The notes under the pieces: model-generated
What the model was told of the DNA's origin: nothing
Seen by the model: the letters and a program-made list of their open reading frames with translations, nothing else
The model's database searches: none
Translations under genes and position numbers: made by a program
NCBI GenBank assembly: GCA_964357175.1
Contig: CAYHJU010000002.1
Location: forward strand, 598-64,597
DNA from: an uncultured Candidatus Saccharibacteria bacterium
GTDB taxonomy: Bacteria; Patescibacteriota; Minisyncoccia; GWC2-36-17; CAYHJU01
Direction of reading: 5' to 3'
DNA: 64,000 bases
Shown: one piece after another, positions 57,332-64,000 of the stretch
Numbering within the stretch: the first letter of the stretch is position 1
Layout of the letters: each line of letters begins with the position of its first letter

Positions 57332-57360
57332 AGTGTATGCTCTTATTAGCCATTTGTCAA
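57332..57360 (-). promoter_or_regulatory. sigma70 promoter for the CxxC gene
   Basis: TTGACA-17-TACACT on the minus strand. Confidence 0.75.
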
Positions 57361-57407
57361 TAGCGCGCGGCAATGTTTCGTGATGCCATTCGTTATTCGC
57401 CTATTCG

Positions 57408-57427
57408 CCTGCCTGCCGGTAGGTAGG
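57408..57427. repeat. 20-bp palindrome copy
   Basis: cctgcctgccggtaggtagg. Confidence 0.75.
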
Positions 57428-57514
57428 CGCGAATTAGAGACATAATAAAATTTAAAAAAATAAAATATTGCCTGTATTCAAAATTTTGTTTATGCTAAAG
57501 TAAATTCAGCAAAT

Positions 57515-58141
57515 ATGCAAAACATTAAAAAGATAGTTTTAACAGGTGGTCCATGCGGGGGCAAAACAACGGCGCTGAGCTATATTTCAGAAGAGCTTAA
57601 AAAAATGGGTGTTAAAGTTTTTCAGGTGCCAGAGATAGCCACAATGTTTATTTCCGGTGGAGTGGCAGATATTGTTAATATTTCTCAAACGGACTATGGA
57701 AAATATCTTGAAATAGAGAAAGGCATGATTTCGGCGCAAATTGCCCTGGAAAAGGAATTTTATAATCTATCCAATATTTTTAAAGACGAAAGAAGAGTCA
57801 TTATTTTTGACAGAGGGATCATGGATATGGCCGCTTATATGCCCAAAGAGCATTTTGAAAAAATAATCAGCGAGATTGGATTGGATGCTGAGGGCATTTT
57901 TGGCAATTATGATGGCGTAATTCATCTTGTAACGGCGGCAGATGGCGCAGAAAGTTTTTACACTACAAAAAATAATAAAGCGCGGGCAGAGAGCTCTGTT
58001 GAGGAGGCGCGACTGGCCGATAAAAGAACTTTGGAGGTCTGGGCGGGGCATCCCCATTTAAAAATCATAGACAACTCCACGGATTTTGAAAACAAAATGC
58101 AACGTTTAATGAATGAAATAATCGAATTAATTCGCCTATAA
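57515..58141 (+). CDS. P-loop NTPase (AAA_28/NadR-like)
   Basis: IVLTGGPCGGKTT, VPEIAT, FDRG..D, HLVTAADGA. Confidence 0.85.
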   Translation: MQNIKKIVLTGGPCGGKTTALSYISEELKKMGVKVFQVPEIATMFISGGVADIVNISQTDYGKYLEIEKGMISAQIALEKEFYNLSNIFKDERRVIIFDRGIMDMAAYMPKEHFEKIISEIGLDAEGIFGNYDGVIHLVTAADGAESFYTTKNNKARAESSVEEARLADKRTLEVWAGHPHLKIIDNSTDFENKMQRLMNEIIELIRL

Positions 58142-58209
58142 TCTTTGAAACAGTGGCGATGATAAAACCGTTGCTTTTAAATGTAGTTTAAATGTTCTAA
58201 AATTAACTA

Positions 58210-59232
58210 ATGGAATTAGCAATTATATTAGCTATTATTGTTGTCTCGTTGGCCCTATTTTTTGATTTTACTAATGGTTTTCACGACTCGGCAAATCAAG
58301 TGGCCACGGTAATTGCTTCGCGCGCCTTGCCTCCGGCGGCCGCTTTGGTTATTGCCGCGATGGCAGATTTTGTGGGGGCTTATTTTTTTGGTACGGCGGT
58401 AGCGGAAACTCTTGGCAAGGGCATAGTTGACCCCAGGGCTTTGAATGCTGGCGCTTCCGGAGTTTTAGTAATCATAGGGGCTATCTGCGGAGCTATTTTG
58501 TGGAACATCATAACGTGGTATTTTGGCATGCCGTCATCTTCATCGCATGCTTTAATCGGGGGTCTTGTGGGATCATTTGTGGTGGGGTGGGGATTTGCGC
58601 CCATTCATTGGTTGAAGGTTTTTGAAATTATTTTAATAATGATTGTTTCTCCCTTGGTTGGATTTAGTGTTTCTTATTTTTTTACCCGATTAGCCTGGAG
58701 ATTTTCTCAACGGCTTACTCCGAAGGTTAATGAGGTTTTTAAAAAAATGCAGATTTTTTCTTTGGTGGCGCAAGGAATTTCTCACGGTACAAACGATGCC
58801 CAAAAAACTATGGGTGTCATAACCTTCTCTTTGGTTATTTTAGGTCTCTATAATCCAGGAGGTAGTTCTTCTATGCCCATTCCTTCGTGGGTTATTGTAG
58901 TTTGCTCTTTGGCGCTGTCTTTGGGGACCATAATAGGCGGCTGGAGAATCATCAAAACACTTGGGGCCGGGCTTTATAAAATTAGGCCTATTCACGGATT
59001 TGTTTCACAAGTTGCATCATCTGCTATAATGTATCTGACCGCCGCGTTTGGCTTTCCCATCTCTACGACCCAGGTGATTTCTTCTTCTGTTATGGGCGCC
59101 GGTGCCGCCACGCGCATTAAGATGGTTAGGTGGCAAGTGGCCAAAGAGATGGCGGTGGCATGGCTTATCACCATACCAGTGAGCGCTATTTTGGCTGGTA
59201 CAATTTTTTATATTTTAAATAAAATTTTTTAA
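58210..59232 (+). CDS. pit: Inorganic phosphate transporter (PiT family)
   Basis: NGFHDSAN, PSSSSHALIGG, HGTNDAQKTMG, PISTT. Confidence 0.93.
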   Translation: MELAIILAIIVVSLALFFDFTNGFHDSANQVATVIASRALPPAAALVIAAMADFVGAYFFGTAVAETLGKGIVDPRALNAGASGVLVIIGAICGAILWNIITWYFGMPSSSSHALIGGLVGSFVVGWGFAPIHWLKVFEIILIMIVSPLVGFSVSYFFTRLAWRFSQRLTPKVNEVFKKMQIFSLVAQGISHGTNDAQKTMGVITFSLVILGLYNPGGSSSMPIPSWVIVVCSLALSLGTIIGGWRIIKTLGAGLYKIRPIHGFVSQVASSAIMYLTAAFGFPISTTQVISSSVMGAGAATRIKMVRWQVAKEMAVAWLITIPVSAILAGTIFYILNKIF

Positions 59233-59250
59233 TAATTAACTAAAAACGTT

Positions 59251-59853
59251 ATGTGGCCATTTCCAGAACAAAAAGATTTTTTAAAAATGCTTTCCGATCA
59301 AACAGAAAAAGTAGAAGAGGGACTGAAGGCGCTTGTTGAATTTTTAAATGATCCCACTTCCGCTAAAGCCACCAAGGTCAATTTTATTGAACAGGAGGCG
59401 GACGACCTCAGAAAAAATTTGGTAGAAGAACTAAATCGCGCTTTTGTGACGCCCATCGACAGAGAAGATATTTTTGCTCTTTCACGAGCGGTGGATGATG
59501 TGATGGACTATGCCGATTCTACTGTTGAGGAAATGAACCTCTTTGGCATTGAGCCAGATGAACATATAAAAAAGATGGTTAATATTTTGTATAAAGCGGC
59601 CCAAGATATTAATTGCGCTGTTTCGAATTTAAAAAAACATCCTGGCATATGCGCCGAGCATCTTATGAGTATCAGAAGGGCAGAGAATTTAGTAGAGTCT
59701 TGCTATAGAGAGGGATTGGTGGAACTTTTTAAATCGAATGACGTCATAAAAATTTTAAAAACACGCGAAGTTTATAGGCATCTCTCCAATGCCGCCGACA
59801 GAGCCGCCGAATCAGCGGATATTACGGGGAATATTTTGGTGAAGATAACGTAA
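59251..59853 (+). CDS. DUF47 / PhoU-like Pit accessory protein
   Basis: EQEAD...FVTPIDREDI...DDVMD. Confidence 0.9.
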   Translation: MWPFPEQKDFLKMLSDQTEKVEEGLKALVEFLNDPTSAKATKVNFIEQEADDLRKNLVEELNRAFVTPIDREDIFALSRAVDDVMDYADSTVEEMNLFGIEPDEHIKKMVNILYKAAQDINCAVSNLKKHPGICAEHLMSIRRAENLVESCYREGLVELFKSNDVIKILKTREVYRHLSNAADRAAESADITGNILVKIT

Positions 59854-59858
59854 TTTTT

Positions 59859-59893
59859 TAGTAAATAGAAAGTAGTAAATAGAAAATAGAAAT
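59859..59893. repeat. Heptamer array (TAGTAAA/TAGAAAA-like x5)
   Basis: tagtaaa tagaaag tagtaaa tagaaaa tagaaat. Confidence 0.8.
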
Positions 59894-59902
59894 TAATAAA
59901 TT

Positions 59903-60097
59903 ATGAAAAAAGATTCAAAGAAAGAATTTAAAACAAAAGTTTCCAGAAATCGCAAAAAAATAACCAAAGGATTGCCGACAACAAGCAGGAAGTTTGGATA
60001 TGATGCATGGACCGAGTCCCGTCAAACGGACACTAAAAATCCTAATGGCGCTAAAATTTCTAGACCGAAAAATACGAAAGGAAAATTGTTGAACTAG
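59903..60097 (+). CDS. Small basic hypothetical protein
   Basis: 64 aa, K/R-rich, between two heptamer arrays. Confidence 0.5.
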   Translation: MKKDSKKEFKTKVSRNRKKITKGLPTTSRKFGYDAWTESRQTDTKNPNGAKISRPKNTKGKLLN

Positions 60098-60098
60098 A

Positions 60099-60138
60099 CC
60101 TGCCTGTCGCCTGCCTGCCGGTAGGCAGGGTGAGCAGG
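60099..60138. repeat. 20-bp palindrome (60110-60129) nested inside a degenerate copy of itself
   Basis: cctgcctgtcg[cctgcctgccggtaggcagg]gtgagcagg. Confidence 0.75.
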
Positions 60139-60141
60139 AAA

Positions 60142-60183
60142 TAGTAAATAGTAAGTAGTAAATAGTAAGTAGAAAATAGAATA
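60142..60183. repeat. Heptamer array x6
   Basis: tagtaaa tagtaag tagtaaa tagtaag tagaaaa tagaata. Confidence 0.8.
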
Positions 60184-60200
60184 AGGAGCTTCTTGGCTCC

Positions 60201-60464
60201 TTATTTTTTTAAAATGCACCTCTTATTATCATATATAGTCGGAGCGTTTAAATCTCCGTTTTCCAACATAGAAAAAACGAGGCACTGTTCATTATCAAAT
60301 TCAACGCATATTCGAAGAAAGATCTTAGATGTAGGCTTTGTTCTGAGATTGCTGATTTTCTTAATGGTTTTGTCCCGTAGTTTCAGCCTTAAATCTTTAA
60401 TGAACAATTGGAAAAGCGCTTTTTTAAATTCTCTGCGGATAACCCTTTTTTGTGCTTCTGTCAC
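60201..60464 (-). CDS. Orphan basic protein with its own promoter, boxA-like + SD leader and terminator
   Basis: TTGATT-17-TAAACT (60531-60503), GTTCTTTGAAAAAGGAG (60488-60472), GTG start. Confidence 0.65.
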   Translation of the reverse strand: MTEAQKRVIRREFKKALFQLFIKDLRLKLRDKTIKKISNLRTKPTSKIFLRICVEFDNEQCLVFSMLENGDLNAPTIYDNKRCILKK

Positions 60465-60625
60465 AACCCATCTCCTTTTTCAAAGAACTAAAACTTAAAT
60501 GAAGTTTAAATTATTTTTTCTGTTTAATCAAGCGAAACAGCAATTTTTTTCTGAAATATAGATAGAAAAAGGGCCGATGTGCGTGTTGCACATCGGCCCT
60601 AGACCACTTTCGCCGCTTTTCTGGA

Positions 60626-61255
60626 CTACGCCGTCACGAGTTGGACGGCGCCATCCACGATGCGGAGGCAGTAGTCGGCCTTGAGAGGGAGCGGAGCGTC
60701 GCCCATGCGATTGCCGCTTGCGTCCTTCTGCCACACCGTTACGATCTGGCCATCGGGACGAAAGAGCGGCTGGCGCACTTCGAGGTTGATGCTCAGGGCG
60801 CTCTGGTCGAGAACCTCCTCACCGTTCTTGTAGAACGGATTGGAGAACGACCTTACGCGCCACATCGCGCTCTCGCAGATGTTCTGGAGGTCGATGCGGA
60901 TGGTGCCTCTCGCCGCCTTGAACTCATCAGAGCAGTTCACGAACTCACGGCGGGCGAAGAGGAAGCGTACCATGTGGTATGTCCTCTTTCTTCGGGGATC
61001 CTTGGCATCGATGCGCTCCTTGTAGAACGCGTCGACCATTTCGTACCCAGCCGCCTCGAGTTCTCCGAGAAACTCTGCGAGTGAGCACTTCTCGGTCGGT
61101 TCGATGACCATGATGCCGTTCGAGTAGCTCTTTCGCTCCACGCGCTCTTCCTGAGTCTCTGGGCTCCGGCGTTTCACCGACGTCGGTATCGCGTCGGGAT
61201 TTGTGAAGCTGAACTGCAATGCAACTAAACGGATGGTGCCATTCAGTGCGATCAC
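60626..61255 (-). CDS. Hypothetical protein on a conspicuously GC-rich segment
   Basis: 209 aa; TTGACA-17-TATGCT (61416-61388), SD GAAAGGGGG, terminator 60566-60600. Confidence 0.75.
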   Translation of the reverse strand: MIALNGTIRLVALQFSFTNPDAIPTSVKRRSPETQEERVERKSYSNGIMVIEPTEKCSLAEFLGELEAAGYEMVDAFYKERIDAKDPRRKRTYHMVRFLFARREFVNCSDEFKAARGTIRIDLQNICESAMWRVRSFSNPFYKNGEEVLDQSALSINLEVRQPLFRPDGQIVTVWQKDASGNRMGDAPLPLKADYCLRIVDGAVQLVTA

Positions 61256-61435
61256 GGTGGGCCCCCTTTCAGCTCAGGTTCAGTTAGATTATTGGACTAT
61301 TTCACACAGTCTTGCTAGCAAGGCCGAGGGTTACAAGCAAAACTATGTGAAATAGCGCATGGAAAAGAACTATACTTCTATGTCCACAGCATAGCAGATT
61401 TTATTGTGTTTGTCAAGTATTTTGGGCAAGTGAAT

Positions 61436-63700
61436 TTAATCAAGAGAGACGGAAACGCCATCCATCTTTTCTCTAAAATGTGGATAGTTTTTTAGCTCCG
61501 GATCTTGCGCCAGCATTTCCCCTGCGGTTTTTTTAGCGGCATTTACCATCTTTAAATTGGCCAAAGACGACATCGCAAAGTCGGGCAGACCTGATTGTTT
61601 TTCTCCGACAAATTGTCCCGGGCCACGCAATTTCAAATCATATTCGGCAAGTTCAAATCCGCTGTGGGATTTTACTAATGCCTCAAGACGGTCAAATGCT
61701 TCTGGGTCGGTGGAATTTGTAAAAACAAAACAAAACGATTGCGTGTTTGATCTCCCCACGCGTCCTCTTATCTGATGAAGTTGCGCCAGACCAAATCTTT
61801 CGGCGCTTTCGATAATCATCAAAGTGGCGTTGGGCACATCCACCCCCACCTCCACAATGGAAGTAGATATTAAAATCTGAATTTTATTTGATTTAAAATC
61901 CTGCATTATTTTGTTTTTTTCGTCAGCCTTCATTTTTCCGTGGAGCATGGCGCATCTAAATTCTGGAAAGATGTTTTTGGATAAATTTTCAAATTCTTCT
62001 TTTACCGCCTTTATTTCTGATTTTAAATTTAATTTTTGTTGCGCTAAAACTTGGCGCGAGCTTGGCTGTTCTGAAAAATTATCCGCACCCTTTTGATTTT
62101 CTTGGCCGCTTATTTCTATTCGTGGACAGACTACAAATGCCTGCTGATTTTCTTTTAATTTTCCTCTTAAAAATTCATATGCCCGTGAGCGGTCTTTTGG
62201 CGAAACGATTTTGGTGCCGATCTTTTTTCTGCCCAAAGGCATTTCACGAAGCTGTGAAATGTCCAAATCTCCATAAAAAGCGATAGCCAAAGTGCGCGGT
62301 ATAGGGGTGGCGCTTAATGACAAAAGATGAGGGATTTTTCTAAGTCCCGATTTTGCTCGTAGAGCCTTTCTTTGTTTTATGCCAAAGCGGTGCTGTTCAT
62401 CTATTATGGCGAGCGCCAAATCTTGAAATTCTAAACTTTCCTGGATGAGGGCGTGCGTGCCTATGACAATATCAATTTTTCCCTCTTTTATTATTTTATA
62501 AACCCCCACACCTTTTTTATAAACATAATCCTGTTTATCTGTTGATTGATGCGATTTTTTTAACCCCCCATCTTTTATGTTTATTGCTTTTAAGGTGTGG
62601 GGGTAAATTTCTGGATTTTTATTTCTTAAATCAACCATCAATTTTTCACTCGATGTTAGGAGGGCTAGATTTATATTTTCACCAGAAAATAATTTTATAA
62701 AAGATTCAAAATGTTGCCGAGCTAAAATTTCAGTCGGCGCCATCAAAGCGACCTGTTTTTTTTCAAGAGCGACGTTAAAAGCGGCGATAGCGGCCACAAT
62801 GGTCTTGCCTGAGCCGACATCCCCCTCAATGAGGCGATTCATGGGCGTTGGTTTAGAAATATTTTGCAGAATTTCCCAAACGATCCTTTTTTGGTCATGG
62901 GTCAAAACGAAAGGGAGTTTCTGAATAAATTTTTTGATTTCTTCCAAATGTATTTTTAGCGCTTTGGATTTTTCTTTCTCTAAATTCCGGCGGTCTTTTA
63001 GGATACGCAGTTGTATTTCAAGCATTTTTTCAAACGCAAATCTTTTTTGGGCGTCTTTGCACAGTTTTAGGTTTGCAGGGAAATGAATATTTTGTAGGGC
63101 AACGTCTATTTTTGGCAGATGGTATTCTTTAATTGTTTTTGAGGGCAGGGTTTCTGGAATTTCTTTTACCAAATAAAACAAAGAATCAATTTTTTTTCTT
63201 AGCCACTTGGACGAGACGCCTTTCGTTTCAGGATATACCGGCACGATTTTTCCTGTCTGGGTAAGCCCAGATTGTCCAGAGACAATCTCAAAAGATGGGT
63301 GATACATTAAAATTCCGTTTTTGTCGCCAGACACCTTTCCGGAAGCGTTAATTTTTTCTCCAATTTTTAATGCTTTTATTAAGTATGGTTGTCCAAACCA
63401 TACCAGGCGCAAAGAGAATCCGTCCTGTTCAATAACGGCTTGGGTTAACATCCGATAACGAAAAGTCCTTACATTATGAACATTTTTTATGGTGCCAGAT
63501 ATTGTGGCGACTTCTCCAAATTTAAGATCTTTAATATTTTTGATATTGGAAAAATCTTCATATCGCGAAGGAAAATAAAAAAACAAATCGTGCACCTTTT
63601 GCAGGCCCATATTTTTTAGACGCAACGCATAAGAAGCGTTTGCCCGCGGAAGATCGGCCAAATTGGTTTCCATGCTTATTTTTATTTCTTTTTTTGTCAT
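61436..63700 (-). CDS. recG: ATP-dependent DNA helicase RecG with a 35-aa in-frame insertion
   Basis: GDVGSGKT, APTEILARQH, DEQHRFG, SATPIPRT, QLHQIRGRVGR. Confidence 0.97.
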   Translation of the reverse strand: MTKKEIKISMETNLADLPRANASYALRLKNMGLQKVHDLFFYFPSRYEDFSNIKNIKDLKFGEVATISGTIKNVHNVRTFRYRMLTQAVIEQDGFSLRLVWFGQPYLIKALKIGEKINASGKVSGDKNGILMYHPSFEIVSGQSGLTQTGKIVPVYPETKGVSSKWLRKKIDSLFYLVKEIPETLPSKTIKEYHLPKIDVALQNIHFPANLKLCKDAQKRFAFEKMLEIQLRILKDRRNLEKEKSKALKIHLEEIKKFIQKLPFVLTHDQKRIVWEILQNISKPTPMNRLIEGDVGSGKTIVAAIAAFNVALEKKQVALMAPTEILARQHFESFIKLFSGENINLALLTSSEKLMVDLRNKNPEIYPHTLKAINIKDGGLKKSHQSTDKQDYVYKKGVGVYKIIKEGKIDIVIGTHALIQESLEFQDLALAIIDEQHRFGIKQRKALRAKSGLRKIPHLLSLSATPIPRTLAIAFYGDLDISQLREMPLGRKKIGTKIVSPKDRSRAYEFLRGKLKENQQAFVVCPRIEISGQENQKGADNFSEQPSSRQVLAQQKLNLKSEIKAVKEEFENLSKNIFPEFRCAMLHGKMKADEKNKIMQDFKSNKIQILISTSIVEVGVDVPNATLMIIESAERFGLAQLHQIRGRVGRSNTQSFCFVFTNSTDPEAFDRLEALVKSHSGFELAEYDLKLRGPGQFVGEKQSGLPDFAMSSLANLKMVNAAKKTAGEMLAQDPELKNYPHFREKMDGVSVSLD
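62502..62604. repeat. 103-bp ACCCCCACACCT-family element inside recG
   Basis: 13-bp perfect arms acccccacacctt / aaggtgtgggggt. Confidence 0.85.
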
Positions 63701-63767
63701 TTGATTTTATCTTATCAGAATTTTTTATTTTTATCTATTGCATAGTCTTGGTGAGCCTCGCTTTTGT

Positions 63768-63834
63768 TTGACTAAAGCACAAGCCTCGCCTACTATAAAA
63801 AATAAGGTCTTTTGACCAGTTCTTTGAAAAGGAG
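63768..63834 (+). promoter_or_regulatory. sigma70 promoter + boxA-like + SD leader
   Basis: TTGACT-17-TACTAT, GTTCTTTGAAAAGGAG. Confidence 0.7.
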
Positions 63835-63841
63835 AAATGAA

Positions 63842-64000
63842 GTGGAGCCAAATAGCGCAGAAGTGAGTAATTCTAAACTAAACTTGTTTAAATTTACTCC
63901 CAAACAATTAATGGTTACTCTGTTGAGCATGGCTCTTTCGATTCTTGTTTACGCGTGGATTTTTGGATTCTGGTTTTCTTTTTTATTTGTGGTGATGATG
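63842..64000 (+). CDS. 5' end of a membrane protein, possibly a site-2 protease (M50); truncated by the window
   Basis: GTG after SD; ...LLSMALSILVYAWIFGFWFSFLFVVMM resembles the segment preceding HExGH in M50 proteins; the motif itself is not visible. Confidence 0.5.
   Translation, partial: MEPNSAEVSNSKLNLFKFTPKQLMVTLLSMALSILVYAWIFGFWFSFLFVVMM

Noticed and set aside
1-64000. CRISPR array or cas genes
   Set aside because: No regularly spaced direct repeats; the Cas4-like nuclease at 49861 has no cas neighbours

Overview
AT-rich chromosomal window that looks like a Patescibacteria/CPR (Parcubacteria-like) genome. This is an inference from the VirB4 plus pilin locus, CxxC-x17-CxxC and DUF5667-like proteins, and core genes that mostly lack a Shine-Dalgarno. 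It spans the replication origin (jag-yidC-yidD-rnpA-rpmH / dnaA-oriC-dnaN) and housekeeping genes (PBP1A, tyrS, ruvC, yebC, ruvB, a tandem double PilB, tsaE, polA, nfo, mutM, holA, rpsT, pit, recG). A 17.4-kb element is integrated at the 3' end of tRNA-Asn (35278-52680). It carries a large serine recombinase and a defence operon: AbiEi-like regulator, SNF2 helicase, Bro-N, type III R-M Mod/Res, Abi-P2-like RT, PD-(D/E)XK nuclease, TIR protein and two acidic micro-proteins. Main observations: (1) The integrase gene is split by its own att core (GAGCCA). Integrated, it ends in a tail read from the antisense tRNA; a 35-aa in-frame tail sits at the far end of the element and would be rejoined on excision. 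(2) Several families of small palindromic or IR-bounded elements occur. One inserts in frame in recG, one supplies the polA stop and nfo start, one completes a promoter, and some are nested in each other. (3) A promoter-driven ~250-nt structured RNA lies between ruvB and pilB. (4) Solitary accessory genes share a promoter + boxA-like + SD leader. All family assignments come from motif recognition by eye, not database searches.
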